Source: a virus (Duplodnaviria > Heunggongvirae > Uroviricota > Caudoviricetes). Taken from it: 37,277 bases of DNA. The notes beneath the pieces were generated by a model that ran no database searches, was not told the origin of the DNA, and saw only the letters and a list, made by a program, of their open reading frames with translations. Shown here in pieces: positions 7,949 to 16,072 of this stretch. Numbering within the stretch: position 1 is the first letter of the stretch; each line of letters opens with the position of its first letter. The DNA lies in the IMG/VR virus record IMGVR_UViG_2711768166_000003; one strand, written 5' to 3'. Position numbers and translations under genes: made by a program.

Positions 7949-8641
7949 TTAATTATGTCTCTTAAGGGTTTGCGACTGACTGATTAAGACCTTTCCAAAG
8001 ACCATGAATCGGTGTTCGTTTTCGCTAGTAATTCCCCATTCACGGTAAATCTGGTTATCAGAAATCACCAGCAGTTTGTCAGGAATCATTTGAAGTCTTT
8101 TAACGTATATTTTGTCATCAAAACCAAAGACATATATACCATCACCATCAAACTGATTGATGCTGACATCAACGAAGATGAGATCTCCTGGCTCAATGGT
8201 TGGACACATACTGTCCCCACGAACGTTGATAACTTTGATGTGATTGGCTGGTCGTCCGCCGAACATTGATACAGCATTATCAGTTCTGTATTCGATGGCA
8301 TGAATCACATCAATGACATCACCGCCCTGGATAAGGCCATTTCCCGCACTGGCACTGATATCCAGCATTTCAATACGGAACACATCCTTCACCTGCGCAA
8401 CATCCTCATTATTACTGTTTTTATATACAGTATTACTTTTGAGGGCAGAGGTAAAGAGATCAGCAATATCAACACCTAAGCTCTTGGCAATATTACTCAG
8501 TGTTTGTTCGGTAAATTGTTTTTGCTTACCCGTTTCTAAGCGCGAGATGTTCGCCGCATCTACTCCTATTGCTTCAGCGAGATCGGCGATTTTCATGTTC
8601 TTCGCTTGGCGAAGTTGTCTGACTCGGTTTCCTATGTTCAT
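7949..8641 (-). CDS. CI-type prophage repressor (N-terminal HTH, C-terminal S24 LexA-like peptidase domain)
   Basis: 230 aa; N-terminal XRE-type HTH (KIADLAEAIGVDAANISRLETGK), C-terminal S24 motifs (GDSMCPTI ... KRL); divergent from cro. Confidence 0.9.
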   Translation of the reverse strand: MNIGNRVRQLRQAKNMKIADLAEAIGVDAANISRLETGKQKQFTEQTLSNIAKSLGVDIADLFTSALKSNTVYKNSNNEDVAQVKDVFRIEMLDISASAGNGLIQGGDVIDVIHAIEYRTDNAVSMFGGRPANHIKVINVRGDSMCPTIEPGDLIFVDVSINQFDGDGIYVFGFDDKIYVKRLQMIPDKLLVISDNQIYREWGITSENEHRFMVFGKVLISQSQTLKRHN

Positions 8642-8654
8642 GCGTTTATTACAT

Positions 8655-8725
8655 TTCTTTATTGCGTGATAAGCAAATCAACTTGCGCAAAATAATTGCG
8701 TGAAATAACATGCATAACGCGCAAT
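8655..8725. promoter_or_regulatory. OR-like operator/promoter region between cI and cro
   Basis: TTGCGTGATAAGCAA (8662-8676), which fits the TTGCG-N5-(A/T)GCAA pattern of the OL sites, plus further TTGCG / CGCAA half-sites (TTGCGCAA 8683-8690, TTGCGTG 8696-8702, CGCGCAA 8717-8723). Confidence 0.5.
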
Positions 8726-8738
8726 ATTTGGAGGGTAT

Positions 8739-8999
8739 ATGCAATCACCATTACGAAATGTGCGTAAGGCGCATGGTTTCACTTTGCAGCATGTTGCTGC
8801 GGGTGTTCAAGTCAATCCAGCGACGTTGAGTCGTATTGAGAGGCTGGAGCAGATTCCATCTATCGAGCTTGCAGAACGTTTAGCCAATTTTTTTAAGGGT
8901 GAAGTCAGCGAAATGCAGATTCTTTATCCGGCACGTTTTCAATCTAGCCAAAATCAGAATGGGTTTAAACCACAGGAACAGGAGGTGAACCGTGGGTAA
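8739..8999 (+). CDS. Cro-like HTH transcriptional regulator
   Basis: 86 aa, XRE-type HTH (HGFTLQHVAAGVQVNPATLSRIERLEQ); GGAGGG RBS; divergent from the repressor. Confidence 0.8.
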   Translation: MQSPLRNVRKAHGFTLQHVAAGVQVNPATLSRIERLEQIPSIELAERLANFFKGEVSEMQILYPARFQSSQNQNGFKPQEQEVNRG

Positions 9000-9549
9000 G
9001 CATCACTGGAAAATAGAAAAACAGCCTGAGTGGTACGTGAAAGCTGTCAGAAAAACTATCGCGGCGTTGCCGGGTGGTTACGCTGAAGCGGCTGACTGGC
9101 TCGATGTAACAGAAAACGCTTTATTCAACCGCCTTCGTGCAGATGGCGATCAGATTTTCCCGCTGGGATGGGCAATGGTTTTACAGCGTGCTGGTGGCAC
9201 TCACTTCATTGCTGATGCTGTGGCGCAGTCTGCAAATGGCGTCTTTGTGTCTCTTCCTGACGTCGAGGATGTGGACAACGCCGATATTAACCAGCGTCTG
9301 CTGGAAGTCATTGAACAGATCGGCAGTTATTCAAAACAGATTCGTTCAGCAATCGAAGACGGTGTAGTGGAACCGCATGAGAAGACAGCAATTAACGACG
9401 AGCTGTATCTCTCAATTTCGAAGCTGCAGGAGCATGCAGCACTTGTCTACAAAATTTTTTGCATTTCAGAAAGTAATGACGCCCGCGAGTGTGCAGCTCC
9501 GGGCGTCGTGGCGTCGATTGCTTCTGGTTGTGGAGAAACTAACGCATGA
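8992..9549 (+). CDS. Phage regulatory protein (CII-like / e14 YmfL-like)
   Basis: 185 aa; GTG start preceded by AGGAGG; position right after cro. Confidence 0.65.
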   Translation: MGKHHWKIEKQPEWYVKAVRKTIAALPGGYAEAADWLDVTENALFNRLRADGDQIFPLGWAMVLQRAGGTHFIADAVAQSANGVFVSLPDVEDVDNADINQRLLEVIEQIGSYSKQIRSAIEDGVVEPHEKTAINDELYLSISKLQEHAALVYKIFCISESNDARECAAPGVVASIASGCGETNA

Positions 9550-9884
9550 ACAGTTTAACAACACACTACCGTCGCTCGCAACTGATTGCGCTTCCGGTAC
9601 CGGGTGGAAAAGCGAAGGTGGAATATTGCTATGCAGTGAATGTACCAGGTGACAGGGAAATTGTAACCCACAGCTTTGCAGAGTGGGCTGTGGGTGATTT
9701 CAACCGGCAGAAGGAGACAGTCCTTTGCGACAAGTTAACCGCTGGTTCAAAGATCACTACGGAGTGCCCGTCAGAGTCATTCGTTGGGAGCCGGAAACAC
9801 AACGGGTTATCTACCTCCGCGAAGGTTATGAGCATGAATGCTTCAGTCCGCTCGAACAGTTTCGTCGTAAATTCAGGGAAATAG
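9546..9884 (+). CDS. Hypothetical phage protein (e14 YmfM-like)
   Basis: 112 aa; ATGA start/stop overlap with the upstream gene. Confidence 0.6.
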   Translation: MNSLTTHYRRSQLIALPVPGGKAKVEYCYAVNVPGDREIVTHSFAEWAVGDFNRQKETVLCDKLTAGSKITTECPSESFVGSRKHNGLSTSAKVMSMNASVRSNSFVVNSGK

Positions 9885-9893
9885 AGGTCGGTC

Positions 9894-10835
9894 ATGAGCA
9901 CTAAATTAACCGGCTATGTATGGGATGGTTGCGCTGCATCAGGCATGAAGTTATCCAGCGTGGCAATTATGGCCCGCCTGGCTGATTTCAGTAATGACGA
10001 AGGTGTGTGCTGGCCATCAATTAAAACCATTGCCCGTCAGATTGGCGCGGGGATGAGTACCGTCAGAACGGCTATCGCACGGCTGGAAGCAGAAGGCTGG
10101 TTAACGCGTAAGGCGCGTCGCCAGGGTAACCGCAATGCGTCGAATGTTTATCAGCTTAACGTTGCGAAGCTTCAGGCAGCGGCATTTTCTCAACTGTCAG
10201 ATTCTGACCCGTCAAAATCTGACGCATCAAAATCTGACCCGTCAAAATTTGATGCGTCGAAATCTGGCAAAAAAGCGGGTTTTCACCCGTCAGAATCTGG
10301 CGGGGATCCGTCAGTAAAATCAAAACATGATCCGTCAGATAAAAAAACTTCTCGTCCGGACGCTTCGCAACCGGACACGCAGACGGCTGAACAGGATTTT
10401 TTAACTCGCCATCCTGATGCGGTTGTATTCAGCCCTAAAAAGCGCCAGTGGGGGACGCAGGATGATTTGACCTGCGCACAGTGGCTCTGGAAAAAAATCA
10501 TCGCCCTGTACGAGCAGGCTGCCGAATGTGACGGCGAGGTGGTTCGTCCCAAAGAACCGAACTGGACAGCCTGGGCAAACGAAATTCGCCTGATGTGTGT
10601 GCAGGATGGTCGTACTCACAAACAAATCTGCGAGATGTACAGCCGCGTCAGCCGCGATCCGTTCTGGTGCCGTAACGTGCTCAGCCCGTCGAAGCTGCGG
10701 GAAAAATGGGATGAGCTTTCCCTGCGCTTATCGCCGTCCGTCAGCACGTACACAGAAAAACGCGAAGACCCGTACTTCAAAGCCAGTTACGACAATGTGG
10801 ACTACAGCCAGATCCCGGCAGGATTCAGGGGGTGA
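9894..10835 (+). CDS. Replication initiation protein (O-like, N-terminal winged-helix DNA-binding domain)
   Basis: 313 aa; N-terminal HTH (WPSIKTIARQIGAGMSTVRTAIARLEAEGWL); internal Ser/Asp/Lys repeat linker encoded by tandem DNA repeats. Confidence 0.8.
   Translation: MSTKLTGYVWDGCAASGMKLSSVAIMARLADFSNDEGVCWPSIKTIARQIGAGMSTVRTAIARLEAEGWLTRKARRQGNRNASNVYQLNVAKLQAAAFSQLSDSDPSKSDASKSDPSKFDASKSGKKAGFHPSESGGDPSVKSKHDPSDKKTSRPDASQPDTQTAEQDFLTRHPDAVVFSPKKRQWGTQDDLTCAQWLWKKIIALYEQAAECDGEVVRPKEPNWTAWANEIRLMCVQDGRTHKQICEMYSRVSRDPFWCRNVLSPSKLREKWDELSLRLSPSVSTYTEKREDPYFKASYDNVDYSQIPAGFRG
10195..10350. repeat. Candidate replication origin: iteron array plus A-rich tract inside the O-like gene
   Basis: Five tandem ~15-bp units (TGTCAGATTCTGAC, CCGTCAAAATCTGAC, GCATCAAAATCTGAC, CCGTCAAAATTTGAT, GCGTCGAAATCTGGC), then further CCGTCAG copies and an A-rich stretch (GATAAAAAAAC). 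Confidence 0.55.
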
Positions 10836-10837
10836 GC

Positions 10838-11326
10838 ATGAGTCTTTTGAATGACGTTCAGAAATTCATTGAAGCCCATCCGGGCTGTACTTCCGGAGAC
10901 ATTGCGGATGCTTTTGCAGGTTACTCACGGCAGCGCGTTCTGCAGTCAGCAAGCAAGTTACGTCAGAGTGGGCGTGTGGCTCACCGTTGTGAAGGAGATA
11001 CACGCAGACATTTCCCGCGCCTGACTGAGAGAGCGCAGGAGCCGGAACCACAACCAGTTCGTGAAACCAGACCTGTGCGCAATTTCTATGTCGGCACTAA
11101 CGATCCCCGGGTGATTTTATGCCTGACCCGCCAGGCTGAAGAACTGGAGTCAAGGGGCTTATACCGTCGTGCTGCAACCGTGTGGATGGCGGCATTCCGT
11201 GAAAGCCACTCCCAGCCAGAACGAAACAATTTTCTGGCACGTCGTGAGCGGTGCTTACGGAAAAGCAGCAAGCGCGCTGCATCGGGTGAAGAGTGGTATC
11301 TGTCAGGGAATTACGTGGGGGCTTAA
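10838..11326 (+). CDS. Hypothetical phage protein (Arg-rich, possible regulator)
   Basis: ATG at 10838 preceded by a GGGGGTGA RBS-like stretch; ends with TAATG overlap to the methylase gene. Confidence 0.55.
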   Translation: MSLLNDVQKFIEAHPGCTSGDIADAFAGYSRQRVLQSASKLRQSGRVAHRCEGDTRRHFPRLTERAQEPEPQPVRETRPVRNFYVGTNDPRVILCLTRQAEELESRGLYRRAATVWMAAFRESHSQPERNNFLARRERCLRKSSKRAASGEEWYLSGNYVGA

Positions 11327-11979
11327 TGAGTAATAAATATTGCCGGGCGCTGGTGGAACTGCGGAACAAACCAGCCCATGAACTGAAGGAAGTGGGCGAT
11401 CAGTGGCGCACGCCGGATAACATTTTCTGGGGAATTAACACCCTGTTTGGCCCGTTTGTCCTGGATCTGTTTACTGACGGTGATAACGCCAAATGTACCG
11501 CGTATTACACGGCGGAAGACAACGCGCTGGCGCATGACTGGTCAGAACGTCTTGCGGAGCTTAAAGGTGCTGCCTTTGGTAATCCCCCATACAGTCGCGC
11601 CAGTCAGCATGAGGGGCAATACATCACCGGCATGCGTTACATCATGAAACATGCCGGTGCCATGCGTGATAAAGGCGGGCGCTATGTTTTCCTGATCAAA
11701 GCTGCCACCAGCGAAGTGTGGTGGCCGGAAGATGCAGACCATATTGCTTTTATTCGCGGGCGTATTGGTTTTGAACTGCCTGCCTGGTTTATCCCGAAAG
11801 ATGAGAAGCAGGTGCCGACAGGCGCTTTCTTCGCTGGTGCTATTGCTGTTTTCGACAAGACCTGGAAGGGACCGGCAATCAGCTACATCGGGCGCGATGA
11901 ACTTGAGGCATGTGGTGAGGCCTTTCTGGCGCAGGTTCGCCAGCAGGCGGAAAAACTGGTCAGGGAGATGGCGGCATGA
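11326..11979 (+). CDS. Phage DNA N6-adenine methyltransferase (Dam-type orphan methylase)
   Basis: Catalytic motif IV FGNPPYS; upstream DQWRTPDNIF and LDLFTDG motifs typical of the phage Dam family; start at the MSNKY Met. Confidence 0.85.
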   Translation: MSNKYCRALVELRNKPAHELKEVGDQWRTPDNIFWGINTLFGPFVLDLFTDGDNAKCTAYYTAEDNALAHDWSERLAELKGAAFGNPPYSRASQHEGQYITGMRYIMKHAGAMRDKGGRYVFLIKAATSEVWWPEDADHIAFIRGRIGFELPAWFIPKDEKQVPTGAFFAGAIAVFDKTWKGPAISYIGRDELEACGEAFLAQVRQQAEKLVREMAA

Positions 11980-12302
11980 CGACGTTAACTCAATGCCAGC
12001 AGCAGGTGCTGGATATGCTGATTTCTTACCAGAAAGAACGTGGCTTCCCGCCAACCAATCAGGAGGTGGCAACCATGCTGGGATACCGTTCAGTGAATGC
12101 AGCGGTGGAGCATCTTCGCGCACTGGAGAAAAAAGGCGTCATCACGATAAAGCGTGGCGTGGCCCGGGGGATCACGCTTCATACCGCAGTGAAGGACGAC
12201 GACAGCGAAGCGGTCGGTATCATCCGCGCACTGCTTGCCGGTGAGGAGAACGCTAGGTTGCGTGCAGCCCACTGGTTACATGAGAGGGGCCTGAAAGTAT
12301 GA
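11976..12302 (+). CDS. LexA-type DNA-binding domain protein
   Basis: 108 aa; ERGFPPTNQEVATMLGYRSVNAAVEHLRALEKKGVITIKRGVARGI resembles the LexA N-terminal winged helix; no peptidase domain. Confidence 0.7.
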   Translation: MTTLTQCQQQVLDMLISYQKERGFPPTNQEVATMLGYRSVNAAVEHLRALEKKGVITIKRGVARGITLHTAVKDDDSEAVGIIRALLAGEENARLRAAHWLHERGLKV

Positions 12303-12688
12303 AGTTGATCCTTCCTTTCCCGCCCAGTGTGAACACGTACTGGCGACACCCCAACAAAGGGGCATTTGCTGGTAAGAGCCTGATAAGCGAGGCGGGGCGA
12401 AAATTTCAGAGCGCGGCGTGCGCAGCAATAGTTGAGCAGTTACGTCGTCTGCCGAAACCAACGTCGGCACCTGCTTCAGTGGAGATCGTGTTGTTTCCTC
12501 CGGATAACCGGATCCGCGATCTGGACAACTATAACAAGGCGCTGTTTGACGCCCTGACCCACGCGGGTGTGTGGGAAGACGACAGTCAGGTGAAAAGAAT
12601 GCTGGTGGAGTGGGGACCGGTTATCCCGGAAGGGAAGGTTGAGATCACTATCAGTAAGTACGAGAAACCGGCGGGTGCAGCCGCCTGA
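12299..12688 (+). CDS. rusA: Holliday junction resolvase RusA
   Basis: LPFPPSVNTYWR ... RDLDNYNKALFDALTHAGVWEDDSQV are characteristic RusA motifs; 129 aa. Confidence 0.9.
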   Translation: MKLILPFPPSVNTYWRHPNKGAFAGKSLISEAGRKFQSAACAAIVEQLRRLPKPTSAPASVEIVLFPPDNRIRDLDNYNKALFDALTHAGVWEDDSQVKRMLVEWGPVIPEGKVEITISKYEKPAGAAA

Positions 12689-12707
12689 TTAAGAGGAGAA
12701 ACGAAGT

Positions 12708-13505
12708 ATGAATAATCTGATGGTCATTGATGGTATTGAAGTTCGTCGTGATGCTTATGGTCGTTACAGCCTGAACGATCTGCACAGGGCTGCCGATTCT
12801 CTGGATAAGCATAAGCCTGCATTCTGGCTCCGCAATGAGCAAACTGAACGTTTAATAAGCGAGTTGCAGATTTGCAACTCGGTCAATATAGAGCCAGTTA
12901 ACGTTATTCGTGGCGGAAATAACCAGGGGACGTATGTCTGCAAAGAACTGGTGTATGCCTATGCAATGTGGATCAGCCCGTCATTCCATCTGAAGGTGAT
13001 CCGTACTTTCGACATGGTAACCAGCGCACCTGAAAAATTATCCGGACAGGCTGCTGACAAGATGCAGGCTGGCGTGATTCTGCTGGACTTTATGCGCCGG
13101 GAGTTAAATCTGTCTAACTCTTCAGTGCTTGGAGCCTGTCAGAAACTCCAGGAGGCTGTTGGCTTACCGAATCTGGCACCGCGCTATGCCATTGATGCTC
13201 CTGCTGACGCGCCTGATGGCTCAAGCCGCCCCACGCTGTCACTGAGTGCACTGCTGAAGCAGTATGGTATCCGCCTGACAGCTAATCAGGCATATCACCA
13301 GATGGTGAAGCTGGGGATCGTCGAGCAGCGCGAACGATACAGCCGTACCGCGATTAACAACATCAAAAAATTCTGGTCGCTGACGGCGAAAGGCTGCATG
13401 TTCGGCAAGAACATCACCAGTCCCGCAAATCCGCGCGAGACGCAGCCGCATTTCTTCGAATCCCGATTCCCTGAGCTGTTAAAGCTACTCGATACCGTTC
13501 ATTGA
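12708..13505 (+). CDS. KilA-N domain protein (antirepressor-like)
   Basis: N-terminal IDGIEVRRDAYGRYSLNDLHRAA ... PAFWLRNEQTERLISEL ... GTYVCKELVYAYAMWISPSFHLKV fits KilA-N; AAGAGGAGA RBS. Confidence 0.8.
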   Translation: MNNLMVIDGIEVRRDAYGRYSLNDLHRAADSLDKHKPAFWLRNEQTERLISELQICNSVNIEPVNVIRGGNNQGTYVCKELVYAYAMWISPSFHLKVIRTFDMVTSAPEKLSGQAADKMQAGVILLDFMRRELNLSNSSVLGACQKLQEAVGLPNLAPRYAIDAPADAPDGSSRPTLSLSALLKQYGIRLTANQAYHQMVKLGIVEQRERYSRTAINNIKKFWSLTAKGCMFGKNITSPANPRETQPHFFESRFPELLKLLDTVH

Positions 13506-13506
13506 G

Positions 13507-14502
13507 GTGACCGTGAGAGCACTACTGACGCCTGAAATTGCCCCGCGTATGGGGATCGTATTGTTCAGGCCAGGTTCAGAGCTGATGCCCCTGTTTATGC
13601 AGGGGCGTGTCCTGCTGGAGCCAGAGCCGGAACGTTATTCATCTTTCGCCAGTGGTGCCGTTCCGGCGGCATCACAACCGCTGGCGGATGATCCTGCCGT
13701 TCGGACCGTGTTCCGCAATGAGGCAGTGATCCGTCGTGCTGGTGGCGTGGAATGTCTTGAAAGCTGGTTACTTCGTGAAAAGGGCTGTCAGTGGCCTCAT
13801 TCTGACTGGCACAGCGAGAACATGACCACAATGCGGCACGCTCCGGGAGCAATTCGTCTGTGCTGGCACTGCGATAACCAGCTGCGTGACCAGTTCACGG
13901 AACGGCTGGAATCAATGGCAACGGATAACTGTGCCCGCTGGGTGTTGTCTGTCGTGCGTCGGGATCTCGGTTTTGATGACAGTCACGTTGTGACAATGCC
14001 GGAACTGTGCTGGTGGCTGGTTCGTAATGATCTGGCGGATGCCTTACCGGAAAGTGCAGCCCGTAAGGCACTGAGATTACCGAAGCCTGTTGTGCCATCT
14101 GTCACCCGGGAAAGTGACCTTGTGCCTTCGGTTCCTGCCACCAGCATCATCCAGGATAAAGCTAAAAAGGTGCTGGCGCTGAAAGTGGATCCGGAGTCGC
14201 CGGAGTCTTTTATGTTACGCCCAAAACGTCGCCGCTGGGTTAATGAAAAGTACACGCGCTGGGTTAAGACGCAGCCGTGTGCATGTTGTGGAAAGCCTGC
14301 TGATGATCCCCACCATCTGATAGGCCACGGTCAGGGGGGAATGGGTACAAAAGAGCATGATCTCTTTGTGCTGCCTTTGTGCAGAAAGCATCACGACGAG
14401 CTGCATGCGGATACCGTGGCATTTGAAGAGAAGTATGGCTCCCAGCTGGAGTTGATATTTCGTTTTATCGATCGTGCGCTGGCAATTGGTGTGTTGGCCT
14501 GA
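13507..14502 (+). CDS. DUF968-type phage protein (YdfU-like) with C-terminal Cys/His metal-binding motif
   Basis: 331 aa; C-terminal CACCGKPADDPHHLIGHGQGG ... LCRKHHDELH; GTG start. Confidence 0.65.
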   Translation: MTVRALLTPEIAPRMGIVLFRPGSELMPLFMQGRVLLEPEPERYSSFASGAVPAASQPLADDPAVRTVFRNEAVIRRAGGVECLESWLLREKGCQWPHSDWHSENMTTMRHAPGAIRLCWHCDNQLRDQFTERLESMATDNCARWVLSVVRRDLGFDDSHVVTMPELCWWLVRNDLADALPESAARKALRLPKPVVPSVTRESDLVPSVPATSIIQDKAKKVLALKVDPESPESFMLRPKRRRWVNEKYTRWVKTQPCACCGKPADDPHHLIGHGQGGMGTKEHDLFVLPLCRKHHDELHADTVAFEEKYGSQLELIFRFIDRALAIGVLA

Positions 14503-14519
14503 TTTTGTGGAGAAAGTTG

Positions 14520-14876
14520 ATGCGTGATATGTATGAAGTAATGGATCGTTGGGGAGCTTGGGCTGCTTCAGACAATAGCGGAGTGGACTGGCAGCCGATA
14601 GCGGCTGGTTTCAAGGGACTTTTACCTCATGGCAAAAAGTCACGGATTCAGTGTGATGATGACGAAGGCATCATGATAGACAGTTGTGTGGCTCGGTTGA
14701 GAAGGTATAAACCAGAGGAATATGAGCTCATCATCGCCCACTTTGTTATCGGTATCTCATTACGCACTATTGCGAAGAAGAGAAAATGCTCTGATGGCAC
14801 AATTAGGAAGGAACTGCAAACTGCAATGGGGTTTGTTGATGGCTGTTTAGCAATGTTAGCTTATAGTATGGCATAA
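14520..14876 (+). CDS. Late-gene antiterminator Q (QuuD-type)
   Basis: MRDMYEVMDRWGAWAA ... IAAGFKGL ... SRIQCDDDEG ... CSDGTIRKELQTAMGFVDG parallels the recalled QuuD-family sequence; start at ATG 14520 after a GGAGAAAG RBS. Confidence 0.85.
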   Translation: MRDMYEVMDRWGAWAASDNSGVDWQPIAAGFKGLLPHGKKSRIQCDDDEGIMIDSCVARLRRYKPEEYELIIAHFVIGISLRTIAKKRKCSDGTIRKELQTAMGFVDGCLAMLAYSMA

Positions 14877-16070
14877 AAAATAAAATAGATTTACTGCCGA
14901 TTTTTCAAAAAAGACTGGGAACTGTTTATATCCAACGTAAATAAGGCCTCCATAAAACATGGCTGATGCGAGATATTTAACAGTTCTCATCCTTTTTTTA
15001 GCTTTATCAATCAAACCTGTAATGCTACTCTTAATACTATCTGCATTATCTTTGATTTCTTTATTTTCTTCAAACTTTAAATACTTATCGAAAGCGGACT
15101 CCACTCGAGAACGTAAGTTGTCGAATGTTTCATTGAATATCTCAATAGAAATGTAATTGACTTTTTTTATCATCCAAAGTCCTGCGATAATCAATATTGC
15201 TTCGGTTGTTTCATTAGCCTTCACTAAGCCACCAGCTGCTATTAATGCACCGGGAATAGTCAATGCTTTTGTCTGATTAGATGATATGAATTCGTTAATT
15301 TTACTCGTGAACTCAAGATTTTTCTCATCGAGTTCGTTAAGAATTTTATTTACAGAAAACCTCTTTGTGTAAATCTCATATAGTTCATCATATTTTTTCC
15401 TGACGAGTTCAGTAGAGTTAAGCAAGTCAAAGAAATTGAACGTACCATTTGCTTTAAATACTTCGTTTATGGCTGAGCGTATAACGAGCTTGCGCTCGCT
15501 TTTGTGTAAATCATTGATTTTTATTGTGTCGAGAAGCTCCTTTACAATTTCATATTTAAGAGACGAGTTCGATAAGCGATTAATCTCGCTATATTGTAAA
15601 AAATGCGTGAGTTCGACTGTATAACTTTTGTCTTCATTGGTGAAAAATAAGACAGAGCAGTCACTGTTATGATGATCAGAAATTAATGAAAGGATATCTT
15701 TCCACATAAAGAAAATATGGATTTTTTCGATGCTTTCATTCTTAGAAGTAGGGAGTATTAACGGCGTTCCGATGATATAATTTTTCGGAAGAGCGTTTTG
15801 GGTGTTTACTCTAGACCAAAAAGACTCAACATTCTCATAAATTATAGCATCATCCCAAGATGAAGCTTGGCGATCTAGCCAAATTTCATTATTTTCGATG
15901 CAGGTTGTTGCCTTTTTATAACCTATAGATTGTAACAGTCTAATTATTTCAGAACTATTTACAATAACAATGCTTTCTTCAAGACTTATGACAGTGTAGT
16001 AGCCCTCAACTCTGCTTGAGGCTCCGTTAATAATCTGCGCTAATCTTGATAAGTCATCAGCAATTGTCAT
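14856..16070 (-). CDS. AT-rich cargo gene B: protein with predicted C-terminal transmembrane helices (candidate effector)
   Basis: 404 aa; hydrophobic segments ALTIPGALIAAGGLV, AILIIAGLWMI and YLASAMFYGGLIYVGY in the last third; start ATG 2 nt after the stop of gene A; 3' end overlaps the Q gene convergently by 21 bp. Confidence 0.75.
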   Translation of the reverse strand: MTIADDLSRLAQIINGASSRVEGYYTVISLEESIVIVNSSEIIRLLQSIGYKKATTCIENNEIWLDRQASSWDDAIIYENVESFWSRVNTQNALPKNYIIGTPLILPTSKNESIEKIHIFFMWKDILSLISDHHNSDCSVLFFTNEDKSYTVELTHFLQYSEINRLSNSSLKYEIVKELLDTIKINDLHKSERKLVIRSAINEVFKANGTFNFFDLLNSTELVRKKYDELYEIYTKRFSVNKILNELDEKNLEFTSKINEFISSNQTKALTIPGALIAAGGLVKANETTEAILIIAGLWMIKKVNYISIEIFNETFDNLRSRVESAFDKYLKFEENKEIKDNADSIKSSITGLIDKAKKRMRTVKYLASAMFYGGLIYVGYKQFPVFFEKSAVNLFYFLCHTIS

Positions 16071-16072
16071 TA

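Noticed and set aside
10195-10300. Tandem short repeats that superficially resemble a repeat array
   Set aside because: Units are ~15 bp with no unique spacers and lie inside a coding sequence; they fit replication-origin iterons, not a CRISPR array.
11542-12244. Long alternative-frame ORFs (193 aa minus strand, 170 aa plus strand) overlapping the methylase and LexA-DBD genes
   Set aside because: They overlap well-supported genes in other frames and have Arg/Pro/Gly-rich translations typical of GC-rich shadow frames.
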